Shown: piece by piece, positions 1-12,866 of the stretch
Layout of the letters: each line of letters begins with the position of its first letter
Numbering within the stretch: position 1 is the first letter of the stretch
Assembly: GCA_013265495.1 (NCBI GenBank)
Contig: MU058241.1
Coordinates: forward strand, 434,001 to 498,000
Direction: 5' to 3'
Source of the DNA: Vicugna vicugna
Lineage: Eukaryota
DNA length: 64,000 nucleotides
The notes under the pieces: generated by a model
Seen by the model: the letters and a program-made list of their open reading frames with translations, nothing else
What the model was told of the DNA's origin: nothing
Databases searched by the model: none
Position numbers and translations under genes: made by a program

Positions 1-160
1 GTGTTGTGTTTGTTAGTTTCCGGTGTACAGCAGTGATTCAGTTATACATACATATATTCCTTTTCATATTCTTTTTCATTATAGGTTATTACAAGATACT
101 GAATACAGTTCCCTGTGCTACACAGTAGGACCTTGTTGTTTATTTTAAATATAGTGATGT
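1..160 (-). mobile_element. LINE-1 3' UTR fragment (L1MA8/L1MA9-like)
   Basis: TTATTACAAGATACTGAATACAGTTCCCTGTGCTACACAGTAGGACCTTG is the antisense 3' end of eutherian L1; homologous to 62275-62560 and to the sense copy at ~35150-35230. Confidence 0.85.
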
Positions 161-300
161 GTGCAGAATTTGCACTTCTTAATACTCAACAAACCAAATA
201 TTTTTTTAGTGAAGGCTTATCTTCAAAGCGAGATTGTAAGTTTCTTTAATCTGGTCACCCAGATAAATGGGATGGAACTGTGCTGTAATGCACCCTCAGA

Positions 301-667
301 CTGTTTCTATATATTTTGTTGCATAATAAACCATCCCCACACCTTAGTGACTTAGCACAGCAGTTTAGTTGTTCTCGTGATTCTGTGCCTGGGCTGGGTT
401 CAGAGAGCTGGTCTTTGGCTTCCCATGCTGCTGGCTGGGGGTGCACACCTCTCGGGTCTTGACTATGCTGTGTTGTCCAAGATGGGGCTCCCATGCATGG
501 CTGCCAGGCGGTGCTGTTGACCAGGACCTCAGCTGAGGCGGTCACTGCAGTGCCCCCAGTCTCCTCCACAAGGCCTTTCCATGCAGCTTGGGCTTCTCAT
601 AGCGTGGTGGCTGGAATACAAGGAACAAGAAGCTTTTAGGCCTGGGCTTAGAATTCCCAGAGCATCA
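301..667 (-). mobile_element. MaLR LTR (old MLT1 subfamily)
   Basis: TTGCATAATAAACCATCCCCACACCTTAGTGACTTAGCACAGC start and CCATGCAGCTTGGGCTTCTCATAGCGTGGTGGCTGG are typical antisense MLT1 motifs. Confidence 0.75.
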
Positions 668-679
668 TTTTATTATTAT

Positions 680-905
680 TATTAGTTAATAAACTGTATT
701 TTTCAGAACAGTTTTAGGTTCACAGCACAATTAATTGGAAAGCACAGAGAGTTCCCGCAGGGGCTCCCCACCATCTATACCCCCCACCAAAGTGGGACAT
801 TTGTTGCAGTCAGTGAACCTACATTGACACGTCATTATCACTCAAAGTCTGTAGTTTACGTTAGGTTCCCTCTTAGGTGGTGTACATTCTGTGGGTTCTG
901 ACAGA
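680..905 (-). mobile_element. LINE-1 3' end (L1MC/L1MD-like)
   Basis: CAGTTTTAGGTTCACAGCACAATT...GAACCTACATTGACACGTCATTATCACTCAAAGTC...GTACATTCTGTGGGTT resembles the L1MC1/L1MD 3' UTR. Confidence 0.8.
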
Positions 906-1110
906 CAGCATCATTTTTTGCTGCATTCTTTTTGCCAAAGCTGGTTCAAAGACCAGCCCAGCATGAAGGCAAGGAAAATAAAGTCCACCTGCTGATGTGT
1001 GGAGCAGATGTACATCCAGGAAGAGATATCTGGGGACTGTCTTTGGAGCCTCGTTCCCACAGACATGGAAACAAACAGACCCTGTGTTTTATAGCTTGGG
1101 TAGCTCAAGT

Positions 1111-1285
1111 CAGCATTTCTCATGCTTAAATGTGTGTAGATCCCCTGGGGGATCTTACTGAAACCCAGACATGTTTTATAGGTATGGGAGGGCCTCCTGA
1201 GATAGGGCTGGAGGTTCTGCGTTCGTCCCCAGCTACCAGCTGGTGCCAGGCTGTTAGTCTGTGAAGCACACTTTGAGTGGCAGAG
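1111..1285. mobile_element. MER5A/B (hAT-Charlie) non-autonomous DNA transposon
   Basis: CAGCATTTCTCA start and GCACACTTTGAGTGGCA end resemble MER5 termini. Confidence 0.65.
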
Positions 1286-1654
1286 GTGACTGATTGCAAC
1301 ATTTTCAGCTTCCTGGTTGCCATGTGACAAGCCTCATTCTCTCCTGATACCGGCTTCATCCTCCTGTTTTCTCTACCTTTGAAGCTGGTAGGTAACACAG
1401 ATGTGGAAGAGCTTTCAATCCAAATTCAGGGTCATTCTCCCAGAGAAGATTTTGCTGACCACTCAGTTCCCCATTCATTGTCATAATTCATCTTAACCTG
1501 CCCACCCATGGGCGAATATTATAAAGCCCTTACAAATACATTGTATTTCTCCCTTGTTTATGTCTGTGGCTCCCTGCTAAGCTTTTGGTTGGCAGGGACT
1601 GTGGCACACTTACTTAGATTATGACCCCACGAGATTCAGTCCAGCAAGCACAGT

Positions 1655-1880
1655 AGTAATTACAGCCACCATAGCATGAATGCTTAGCATGTTCTAGACC
1701 TTGATAGGTCTTTTTGTTTGTTTTACCTTTTGCACAACAACCCTTGGGGGTAGACGGTTCTTATTTCCACATCACAGAGGAGGAAGATCACGTTCAGAGA
1801 AGTTAGCCCTGGGTAGTAAGAACAGCTGGAACTGACAGCTGGATGTGTCTGACTCATTGACCTGTATCCTCACCCACCAT
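1655..1880 (-). mobile_element. MIR SINE
   Basis: Degenerate antisense MIR core CACAACAACCCT...TATTTCCACATCACAGAGGAGGAAGAT...TCAGAGAAGTTA. Confidence 0.65.
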
Positions 1881-4061
1881 GTTTTTTGGCTTCTGGACGT
1901 TTCTGGAGCAGATTTGTTGAGTCATGAATGGATTCAGGGTCCTTTTCAGGAATGGTCTTTTGGGTAAATTTCAGGGATGATTAGGTCCCTGTAGGGGCAC
2001 GTAGGTACTTTAGAATAATACCTAGCTTCTTGCGATAGCTCGTCCCACTGTTGCCATCCCTTCAACCAATGAGAGTATTTTTCCTTTCAAGGATCTCATA
2101 GTTTCATGGACCAAATAATGGAAACTGAAGGGCAACAGTGTGTCCTTTGTTTCGCACACATCCAAGTTCACATTATGGAAATAAACTACCTAAACTAGAG
2201 CCGTAACCTTGTAAAGAGGAACCCAAATCCATGCGTAATGCTTTTGGCTTCCCCGTGACAGTTGTTTCCTGATAATGCGTATTTTATCTGCTACCTTCTT
2301 CACTAGTTGGTGTCAGTTTCTTAGTGAAACTCTTCCCTGGTTAACCTCTCACAAAACCTAAGAATACCCTAACAAGACAAGTGAACTCTGCTTGAAGATA
2401 CATTTCATATAAAATAAATACTGCTGCCCATTGAAAAAAAAATTTAACAGGCTGCTTCTTGGAAGGAAAGAATTATTTTCTACATAAGGAAGAAAAATAG
2501 CTCCGATTGTCAGCTCATTGTTTGATGGGTTATTGTTTCTCTTGTCATCTCTCTGGTCAGCGTCCGAACACTCTCTTGATTGTCCTGGCCACAAAGAAAG
2601 GAAGAACGGCCAGTGTCACAAGCTGAAATGGAAATCTATTCCATTAAATTTAGAGGCTAGATCAAATTATTTCCTGTGCATTCATTTTCACTCTTAGGAC
2701 AAAAACATGTATGTGCTGAAGAGCAGTTCTGAAAGGCTGCCATGATAGGCACTTGCACTTGGAGTCATTGACTTTGCTGAATTATGGGAGACTTTTGACT
2801 CATGATATTTACAGCCTGTTTATCACTGGATTGCAGATCTTCCACTCCTTGGCACTGCCCTGAATCATTCAATGTTTTATCCCCACCTCTCCTACCATGT
2901 TTTGGGTTTCTATGCCGTTGCTAAAAGTTGTCCAGAATCTTACTTTATTTTAAAGACTGGCTTTACGAGGCTCAAGTGAGCACATCACAGAATCAGCAGG
3001 AAGCTAGCCATCAGTAATGAGAGAGGTTCCCTCCTTGAGAATGAGGAACCGGAGGGTACATTGCTTACATGACATTTAACCCTTTAAGCAAAAGCAGAGA
3101 AAGGAGGTACTTCTTGTGATGGGGGTGTTTTTTCACGAAAGGATGGAAGGATGGACTTGGGAGGCAGACAGTTTCCCATGCAGACTGTAGGAAGTCCTGT
3201 AGCTCCCAAGGAACCTCAGAGACATCAAGACTTTTCCACTAAACTGCACAAGCAAGCTCCACTGGCCAGAGCTTTCCTTTGTGGTGTCAGAAGGTGTGGG
3301 GAGAGGCCCTGGTTGGAAAAGTGATTTTTTGAATAGTATTAGCTTTGATTTGTAAGAGCAGTCTTGAGAAAACTTTCCTCCTCTCTGCTGTCTTTTTTGG
3401 ACAGAATTGTTACTGGATTAGTTTTAGAGATGCCCCATAATTCTGCATTTTCTGGCTCCCCAGTATGAATGTGTTTCCTTTTAAGTCTGAAGTCTTTACA
3501 CAGGCTGCTATGTCATGTTCTTTCTCATCCATACTTCAGAGTGGTGATTATTTCCCAAAGAGATGGAAAAAAAATGTTCTGAAAACAGTATCCTCTCCAT
3601 CTGGACACACCTTGTCTGGGCTTGTGGCTCAGAAAGGAAATGGAATGGTGCCTCGCTATGATCAGGCGTCCTAAGAAGAGGACATTTGAACTTTTTTTTC
3701 TACTATTACTCAGAATCTCCAGCATTTGTAACTTAGTAAGTCCCTCTCACATCCTTTTTAGTATGAAATTGCGACACTGTGTCTTTGCCCTTGAAACCTT
3801 TCTGTCTGGTGGCTGAGGAGAATTAGGTTTGTTGGTGACAGCTGTAGCCATCAATCACCATTACTTGGTCACCCTTGAGGGAGGCTGGTGGTGTGTGCTA
3901 GCTCCCCCTACTTATAAAAACAAAGGCTCTACACTGCTACTGATCGCTTAGGTGAGTCGAGAGAAAGCAGGTGTGTTGTATGACAGTGAACTGGTTCATG
4001 CTCTCCGTCTGGTTAGTGTGTGCACGGATGGGCTGGCATGTTCCTTCAGCAGACAAGGAGT

Positions 4062-4160
4062 TAGAGCAGCGAGTGGCAGACTTACCCGGTCAAGGGCCGG
4101 ACACTGAATATTTTAGGCTTTGTGGGTCACCTGGGCTCAGTCACATATACTCAATCCTAC
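4062..4160. mobile_element. MER58 (hAT-Charlie) fragment
   Basis: AAGGGCCGGACACTGAATATTTTAGGCTTTGTGGGTCA resembles the MER58 terminus. Confidence 0.65.
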
Positions 4161-4879
4161 CATTTCTGTTAAGGTAATAATGACTTATTTTTTTGCTCTA
4201 AAAAGATATATTTTATTACAAAAACAATAGACCAATGCAGAAAAGTACAAATTAAAAAAAAAAATCACACCGAAGCCCACCACCCAGAAATTGCTCTGGT
4301 CAACATTTGATGATTGTTAACAGACATCTCTCTTCAGAAACATTCAGATTAAAAGGCCCTTAAATTGTTACTAAAAGATAGGGGGAAAGTACTTTAAAAA
4401 ATGGCATTAAACTCACACATGTCATTTTTAATAACAAAGATTATATTAAGTTTTACTTAAATTTAACCAAAAACAGTAAGTGGAAATAAAAGTGAAGAAA
4501 TTATTAAGTGTTAGATGAATATTTCTTTTTCAAAAATTACTTCATTTCCTAGAAGAGTTATATAGAAGCATAAAATGTTAAAAGTTTTTTTTTAATCCTT
4601 TTAAAAAACTACATGTTTCAACTTTGCCCATTACCTTCTTGTTATGAAAATGAGGCTTTTTATTATAACACAACTTCCTCTTTGCATCTTTCCCAATGAC
4701 CTTTGATTTTTTTTTGTTTTTTTGTATTATTTTAATTTTTTTTCTCTGTTTGTAATCATAATTTCATTCCTGGATCTAAAATTATTTGATTCTCAGTCTC
4801 AGATTTCTGATCACTTTTCCCCTTTTCCCAAGTTATTCTGATTGGTCTTTTATTGCCTGAGTTTGCCACTCAGGAATGT

Positions 4880-5480
4880 TTTGAAGACAGGAATGTGGGT
4901 GCTATATTCTTACAGCACTGCCATGCTGCAGAATGTCCATCTATGGCATTGTAATTGGAAGACAGCATGGCTGGGCGTGAACTTTGGGGAGGACACTGTC
5001 TTTACCTTCAGGATTCTGTAGTCGCTGCCCTGTGACCTTCTGGCACCCAGCGTGGCAGTCCGGAAGTCTAACATTAATTGAATCTTTCTCCTTTTCCGTA
5101 ACTCGACCTTTTCCCACAGGCGTCCCCACGGGATCCTTTGTGTTGGAAGGTGGTGAATTTCACCACGGTCTTCACGCTGATGATTCCGCAGCAGATTCCT
5201 TGGGACATGGTGTCCTCCCTATCAACGGGTTTATTCAAGTGTTTATTATCAAGTGTTTATTCCACAGTAAAATGTTGTTTATTATAACTCTGAATAGATT
5301 TTCAGTGCATCGCTCTCTTGTCTTCTGTAGGAATAGCAGTTACACTGCACTGGGCTCCCGTCATGTGCACATCCAGCCATCTTCAGGCTTTTTATACCCT
5401 TGCTCTCTCCCAATTTGCTGTGTTGCATGGCCTCGACTCTAGAATCAGTGATTCTGAATTTTCTCTGTTATGTTCACTTG
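4880..5480 (-). mobile_element. Ancient LINE-1 (L1M/L1ME) ORF1-region remnant
   Basis: Highly diverged similarity to antisense old-L1 ORF1 sequence (GACAGCATGGCTGGGCGTGAACTTT...CTTCTGGCACCCAGCGTGGCAG...GAAGTCT); T-rich. Confidence 0.45.
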
Positions 5481-6148
5481 ATCTGGTTGTTTGTTTGTTT
5501 GTTTGTTTGTTTGTTTTTTTACTGGTGCTTCTTTCCCATTTCTTTCCTGGGCTCCACTAGCTAGGTTTTGGAAAATCTCCTTTTATTGTTTTTTCATTTA
5601 ATAATAATCTCATCTCTATTCTCTATAGTTTACTTGTGACTCTGGAGAAATAGTTGTCTGAAATTTGTGGTTTTCTCTTTTGGGGGGACGGACGTTCTGG
5701 TCATCCATGTCCTTGTCTTGTTTGTAGCCTCTTCTCTCTCTCCCTCGCTCCTGTGCCCACCATCCCCCCACTCCCCGGTGCGGAAGAACCAAGGGCACTC
5801 CTTTCACATCGTTGTACCGCGTTGTACCATGTTGAACGGGCCCTGCGGGCCCTGAGGGGGAGCAGTAATGGAGCAGCCTCCATTCCGAATCTGTGGTCTT
5901 GAACGCACTCTTAACAGAGCAGTTATTTCTTCACCCTGAGGGCGTGTTTCCCTTTGCAAAATTCGGGAGGTTGGGTGGGCTCCCAGCGAAGCCCTCAGGA
6001 GCGTGTTCCTTACACTGTCACTGATCCCTTGTTGCCTCCTCCGCGTTTCCCAGAAACGTCTGGAAGGCTGTGTTGCTGACCACACAAAGTGCCTGTCAGG
6101 CTGGCATCTCCTCCCCCCACTTCTGGCTGCTCAGTCAGGCCTCTGGAA

Positions 6149-6372
6149 CAGGATTTCTCAACCTCGGCACTGTAAACATTTGGGGCCCATCGTTCTTGGC
6201 TGGGGCGGGAGGTGACCTGGGCTGTAGGATGTTTAGCAGCACCCCGGCCTCATCCGGCTAACTAACTGGGTGCTGGCAGCACCTCCCCAGTTGTGTGAAC
6301 CCAAAAATATCTCCACTTACCGCAGGGTGTCCGCTGGCTGAGTGGCGGGTTGCCCCCCACTGAGAACCTCTG
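6149..6372. mobile_element. MER20 (hAT-Charlie), near full length
   Basis: Inverted termini CAGGATTTCTCA...TGAGAACCTCTG and internal TGTAGGATGTTTAGCAGCACCCCGGCCTC characteristic of MER20. Confidence 0.9.
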
Positions 6373-8195
6373 CTTGCAAGGAGCATTCCCTTTTCTCCCA
6401 CACTGCCCCACCAAACTGGGATCTCAGACCTCTCATCAAAGACCTTTAGGCTGGACCTTTCAGGATCCTGGCAGCAAATTTGGGGAAACCCAAGGTGTCT
6501 TGGAGCTCCAGTGTCATGCTGTCTGCCTTGGCCCAGGCTTCACAATACTTGCCAAGTTTGCTGTGTCCTTTGTGGTTTGTGCTAGTGTCATTGATGAGTA
6601 TTTCAAGTTCCTGATTGTTTACATTTTGCTGTTTTGGGTGGGATTCTGAGGAAGGGGAGAGCTGGAACATGGTCTCACTGGATCTCTTTAGCTGGAAGTC
6701 TCGTCCTTTCTTCTTTCAAAGCACAACCCTGACCTGCTTCTACTAGTTTGTCTTGTTCGGGCGACAGAGTGAAACATTCCGTTCCAAATTACAACTTTTG
6801 CCCATTACACGGTTTTGCACAATGAATGAAGAGAATGAATGGAAGTCAGAATGCTTCTGATAAATTGTATTTTAAAACATTGATTACCTATCTCGATAAT
6901 GGAGTGGTCCATTTTTGTTATGGACAAAATGAAAACGCAGTGCTAGCGAATCAAAACATGTAATTGGTCTATTGTGATAGAGTAAAATGTATTTTAAAAA
7001 ATTTGTAAACCTCTTTCCTCTTATTACCACAGAGGCACGAGGCTTTATCAGAGTGTTAAATTGATGGTAGACCTGATTCAAAGTGATGGGGTATGATATT
7101 CTGCAGATGGAAAAGTTGTCCTTTAATTTTGGGTGCCATTTTCACTGCCTGCCGAAAGCAGTAGTTATTATGCATCTCAATGAGTTTAGATTCTGCAAGA
7201 AATAGCCTTATTCACACAGGTCTTAGCAGGGCTTCATCCTATAGATACATTGTGGAAAAGATTACAGTCTTCAAGTCCATGGAACTAAAGATAAGCTTTA
7301 AATATGAAAAACATATACCTTTACTTTGCTGTAATCTGACTTTATTTTATAAAGCCCTTAATGTTACGGTCAGGTAGGCTGTTATTTTATGCTGTTTGCA
7401 TACAGTGTACACTGCGTTTTCAGCGGGTACCCGTGGCTTCCCATGACTGGAAATGTGTGTTATTGCACTTAGCACGAGGGCCTTCATCTCAGTTTGTTTT
7501 AAAGTTGTGAGCCAACACAAGGGCTGTCAGCACGCTACCCCATCGGGTTGGAGAGCAGGAATTGCAGAATAGCTGGATGTCAATCCGCTGGCTTAAATGA
7601 GCCTCTGTATTTGTGGATAGGGCTCCATTAAAAAGACTGAGGGTCCCTCACCGATGAATGGAGAGCTGCTTATTTTGCATTTTGGTAGATCTTGGATGTA
7701 CTGTTGGGTGCTGAGTAACTTTACAACGTAAATTCAACTTGGTATTGCCACTTCTGTTTGTTCACAGTTAAATCAGTACATGGCCAGGCTTTATATCCAT
7801 CCTGACATGGAAATGCAATGAGAGGATGAGCAAATGTGAGTGGGGTTTGTTGTGTAAGAAATGTTTCTTGTAATAAAAATATTAAGTAAGCCACTTTTAC
7901 ATAATTTCATAATTCTTATTCTATACGTAACTCAAATTAAGTGAATTAAGTTTTGATATCAAATAATAGTACAAATCCCAATTAGTGGTTTATATCTAGA
8001 GGCTTTTTATCATCTCTAATGTCTTCCTCTAATGTGCTAAAAACCATTTAAAGAACAACTTGAATTCCGCGTCGGCCAGAATGCCTTCCATGGTTGGTCT
8101 CTGTGTTGGCACTTTTTTGTCTATTGTCTGACTACACACTTTCTATCCCTATCTACCTTACAAACATTTAGGGACAGACATATACATACTCATAA

Positions 8196-8219
8196 GTGTG
8201 TGTGTGTGTGTGTGTGTGT
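8196..8219. repeat. (GT)n microsatellite
   Basis: About 12 GT units seen directly. Confidence 0.95.
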
Positions 8220-8278
8220 ACCCTCACATATTTTCATGTAGTGTCTGGTCTGTAGTAGTTGAATAAGTGTGAGGTGAG

Positions 8279-9423
8279 TGAACAAAAGTACAAACAAAGA
8301 ACCATCAGGTAGCATTTGTCAACCTCAAGCATGTTTAGCTGCTGGTTTTATTCCAGTCCCTTTCATTGGTCCTGAATTGTAAGAGGGCTGAGTCTACCCA
8401 GCGATGCATAGAGTGACACATCCCACAACATACCCCGGAGGTGAAAACAAGTGCACGGGTGCTGCATTCATGCAGAATTGTAGAAGATAGGCACAGAGTG
8501 AGTGACCTTAGTTAGGAAAAGCCACCTGAAACAGGTGAATCATATACAGGTTGAACTGAAATATGTAGTGAAGTTTGGGCATCCATTTAAGAAGCTCTGG
8601 AATAAGTAAATATTTTAAAATTTCCCCCTACTTTAAGGCCAATTATAACCTAACAATATATTTTTTCTAGACCTGGAAAATGGCCATTAATTTTCTGATT
8701 CTTATACATCATAGTCAACTCGCTTTAAGTGACATGTGTACATGGATCTGTCTTTGCATAAACCTATGAAACACACCATTTTGAATGCACCTATGGGGCT
8801 TGAAGCCTGTTGCCCAGGACCTGAATTCTATCTGTGCTTGGGAATGTGCATATGAGAACAGGCTTGAGGGAGTGTGAGCACACAAACTAAGAACGTTTCA
8901 GTGTCCAGTGCTTTCAGCCACAGCTCCATGTGATCTGGTCCCTGGAGCCACAGCTCAGGAAGCCCCCAGTCTGGTGAGGGGGATTTGTGGGAAGTGGGCT
9001 CCTGGAGTGAGTCCCCACAGAGACAGGCGGGAGGCCCACACGCCTTTGCTGAGAAGCCTCCTGTCAAAGAGAGGTCAGCGGACCACAAGGTGGAGGAGAG
9101 AGAGGGGTGGAGGACAGGCTACAGAGGGTGCAGATGAGGGGATGCTGCCCAGTCTGGTCCAGGGCACACCTGCTTGAGTGTTTGGTTCACTTAGTGACAG
9201 GAGGGACAGATTGTGACCTTGGCAGTTGTTTCATGGTTGAATGGGGAGTCAACAGGCAACGTTCACACTATTGGCCACAGTCTCCGCATTTACACTGTGT
9301 TCTGCCACTCACTGTTTTTTTGTTTGTTTGTTTGTTTTTATTTGTTTTAACTGCCTGAGCTCCTACTTTAAAAATGTTCAAGTTTCTCCCTGTGTACCTA
9401 CAGCACCTTCCCCGTAAGTTAAC
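8279..9423 (+). repeat. Inverted segmental repeat, left arm (pairs with 19878-21004)
   Basis: Manual alignment to the reverse complement of 19878-21004; 8929-9259 is base-for-base identical to revcomp of 20036-20366. Matching peptide stretches appear in the ORF track (8908/20118, 9107/19865, 8828/20207). Confidence 0.97.
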
Positions 9424-9609
9424 CTGTTGTGTTAAAACTGTTTGTTAGCTCAGTGGTTCTGCTGGACTCTGAGCTTCTTGTGGAGCTCAGAGGGCTGTGT
9501 CTTATTCATTTGCCTTCCGTAATATCTGGCACACAAAAGCACACTGAAATCCTTTGATATGTCTCTCTTTGAGAAGTAGGGTGTTTTTTGTTTTGTTTTT
9601 TGGTCTCCT

Positions 9610-10030
9610 CCCAGTGGTTCTGGGTAGATCCATGACTGCTCTGAACAATACGACATAGCAGCAGTGGCCTGTGGCACCCTCCACACCCAAGCCTTAAGAG
9701 ACTGGCAGCTTCCACAGCCTATGGTCTGAAATACTTCTCTTTGGAACGCAGCTACCATGTTCTGGGGAAGCCCAGACAACCTCAGTGAGAGGCCCACGTG
9801 GAGATGAATTGAGGCCCCAAACCCACAGCCCCACCTAGTAAGTTCCCCATAAATAGCCAGCACCAGCTTGTCTGCCAGCGAGAGTATCCTCCAGGCGCTG
9901 CTGAGCTGCCCTACTGCTGGGAAGGGAGATGACTCATCACTACCTAACCCAGCCAAATAAATGAACATTGCTGTTTTAAGCCACTTGATGTTTGGGGATG
10001 GTTGTTACACAGCAATAAAACACTGAAACA
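9610..10030 (+). mobile_element. MaLR LTR (MLT1G/H-like)
   Basis: GAGAGGCCCACGTGGAGATGAATTGAGGCC and 3' end TGTTTTAAGCCACT...TTTGGGGATGGTTGTTACACAGCAATA...GAAACA. Confidence 0.85.
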
Positions 10031-10404
10031 CTGCTCAATATGTATCTCTTGGGTGAGTGACTAGGGAAGCTGATGTTCTGAAAAGTCTGGAATTAGGACA
10101 GCAAGATGACTTTGAATTATTTGAAGCATTTGAACAAATGCTTAGAAAATGGAGATACATTGGTAAAATGCTTTTTTAAAAAAAAAAAAGGAGGGGAAGA
10201 GACTGACAAGAAAAAGATGTACTGGTAGCAGTTATCAGGCCAACAGTTCTATGAGATCTGTAAAAAAAGCTTTAGCTACCTGTAATCTGATGTTTCTGAC
10301 TTCATCATTAAGATTTCCCTTTTATCATGATTATCCACATTAGACAGACTAGCTCATTAGAATGGAAGTTTATCTTGGGCAGTGATATTTTGCTTTGCTG
10401 TTGG

Positions 10405-10482
10405 CAACTGTACTCTGAGAACTTGGAACAGTCCTGGGCACATAATAGGTACACAATCAATATTTGTTGAATGAATGAACAA
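10405..10482 (+). mobile_element. L2 LINE 3' end
   Basis: CCTGGGCACATAATAGGTACACAATCAATATTTGTTGAATGAATGAA, the L2 tail. Confidence 0.8.
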
Positions 10483-10808
10483 ATTGCAATTGGCTGCATT
10501 CCAACCTGAGAAAATATGTGTGTTAATCTAGGCATTTTGTATTTTGTTTGGTGCATGTGTTTTAAAACGTCAAGCTACTGAGACCAAGCAAACCTAGGAG
10601 TCCCAGGATCTAAGCCAAGTTGTTTCCTACTCACTGATAAAAATTTTTACACTTCCCACTGAGAATGTTGTATGCCCCAAATCCCACACGTTTTTGAGAA
10701 AGTGATTGGGAATTATAACCTTGATTACTCAGAGACTCCAAGACTTCTCCAGAAATACAGTAGAGATATTGTTGGTTGACTTCCTTTAAACTTTGTTTCC
10801 CTTTGCAG

Positions 10809-10834
10809 TCACAGTGCTAAAAAGCAACAAAAAG
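10809..10834 (+). other. Candidate 26-nt micro-exon
   Basis: Strong acceptor CTTTGTTTCCCTTTGCAG| followed 26 nt later by AAG|GTAAGG; no transcript evidence. Confidence 0.3.
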
Positions 10835-11599
10835 GTAAGGAGCAGGAGTGGCAGGTGCATAACTCAGGAGGATAATCAGCGATAATCAGCTGGTGAACTG
10901 TCAAGGGCAATCATGGACGTGGGAAAAGCAGTAATAGCATTTCGTTTGGGTTATGTAATAGACATTGTATTTCCATCATCCAAAAGGTGGGAACAGCTGT
11001 TGGAGTTGAGGGTAGAGGAAGACTAATTGGAGACCTGGCTTGATCCAGCTGTTTATAACCCTTCGTTTGTAGGTTTGCCTTCAGGGGTACCAGCGAACAG
11101 ACTGTTCCTTAGCAAACAATAGCAATTTTGGGGTATGATGCAGGAAACTGACACATGGTGTGCAACCAAACCAGTCAAGTACTAACTTTGAAAATGAAAC
11201 ATTAGTTCGTATTTAATAAAATATATCTCTTCAAGTTCAAGATCTGGGAATAAGTCAATATTCTGCGTGTCCTGAAACCAAGAGGGCAGATGATGAGAAC
11301 AGAAATGAACACCAAGAAACTTGTACAGATACTTGCATGTGAACACACAGTTATTTAAATCACCCCAGATACACACTTGGTTCCTGAAATGCGACCTCCA
11401 ATCCCATTTCTCATTGCTTTTGTTGGACTCAAAGTTATAGTAGGTTCGTGGTTTATTTGATGTGAAATCTGTGGCTGTTTACATCCCACACAATGGATGC
11501 TGTTTGCTCTCCTGTGTTCGGAAGATTTCAGATATAATGTAAACATTATGTGGGGATTGTGTTGTTTCTTCTTGCTTTTATTTAGAGAGAAGCCTTAAA

Positions 11600-11790
11600 A
11601 CAAGAATTGGCAAACTTGTCCTGCAAAGGACCAGATAGGAAATATTTTGAGCCTTGCGGGTCACATAGATAGACTCTGTTGTCACTACTCCACATTGCTT
11701 TGCGGAGGGAGATCAAAGTAGCCCGTGTGGATGCACTTTGGCTATGTTACAGTCAAATTTCATTCATAAGAGCAGGTGCAGGCTGGTCCT
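11600..11790. mobile_element. MER58A/B (hAT-Charlie)
   Basis: TTGGCAAACTTGTCCTGCAAAGGACCAGATAGGAAATATTTTGAGCCTTGCGGGTCACAT. Confidence 0.75.
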
Positions 11791-12449
11791 GAGTGACTTA
11801 ACACGTTGCCTTCTGCTGGTTCACAGTATAGTGTGAAGGATTACAGGGGAAATGCTGAGGGCAGGCTTTGACAAGGTAGGAAGGGACAACACCGATGAAA
11901 AAGAGCAATGCTTCCTGAAGTTGCAAAATAAATGCAGGAAGGCGGGAGATAAAGTGTTGGCTCCTGAACAAAGTCAGCCCAATGACCTAAAATTATTTCC
12001 ACCATCAGTGAAAATAAAGCCGTCTAAGCTGATATTCTAGTAATGTTGAAAGGATCCATTTGTTTGGTTTAGGTTCTGTCTTGAATCTTTGACAAACTAA
12101 TAATTTTAAGAGCCAGAAAAAATAGAAATAGCTTGTACTGAGTCTTGTCTTATTTTTCAATACTGACGATTTTTCTGGACGTTGAGTCTTGAAACATTTG
12201 GAGCCCATTTCATACTCCATGAAGAATTTAGTGTGAAAAACAAGGAGACTATTTACTGCAGTAAGTTTGATGGCTCAGGAACCCCAGGCAGGGCACTGGG
12301 GTTGGTGTTTATTTAGTAACACAATGCTTGGAAGAATAGGGTCTGGAAATATTTTTGTGGGTAATTCTTAGACTGGTTTTCACCTGAATATTGTAACTGA
12401 TAGCTTCTTCTCTGTAATACATCAGAGGAACCAAAGCAAATGTGATACC

Positions 12450-12866
12450 TGTATCTGTCTCCTAGGGCTGCTCTAACAGTATACCACAAAGTGGGTGTCT
12501 GACACCATAGAAATTGTTGACATGTGGTTCTGGGGGCTGGAAGTTCCAGATCAAGGTGTCGGCAGGGTTGGTTTCTTCTGAGGGCTGCTGGGGACAGTTT
12601 CTCCTAGTTTCTGGGAGCCTCAGCTCTGTCTTGGCTTGCTGGCGGAATTCTCCCTATGTCTTCACATTGTCTGCCTTGTCTCCACGTCTGTCTCTGCGTT
12701 CAGACTTCCCCTTATGTGAGGATACCAGTCACAGTGAATTAAGGCCCACCCCAATGACTTCGTCTTAATCATACAAAAACCCCTGTTTCCAAGTCAGGTC
12801 ACATTCGTGGGTACTGGGGGTTAGTGCTTCAACATCTTTTGGAGAGACACAGTTCAACCCATAACA
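12450..12866 (-). mobile_element. MaLR solo LTR (MLT1A/B-like)
   Basis: TG...CA termini; AGGGCTGCTCTAACAGTATACCACAAA, GATCAAGGTGTCGGCAGGGTTGGTTTCTTCTGAGG, GACACAGTTCAACCCATAACA. Confidence 0.9.

Noticed and set aside
8828..9358. Near-identical ORFs at 8828-9358 and 19865-20569 suggesting a duplicated gene
   Set aside because: Identity occurs in several frames on both strands, so it simply reflects DNA identity of the inverted repeat. The peptides are unrecognisable.
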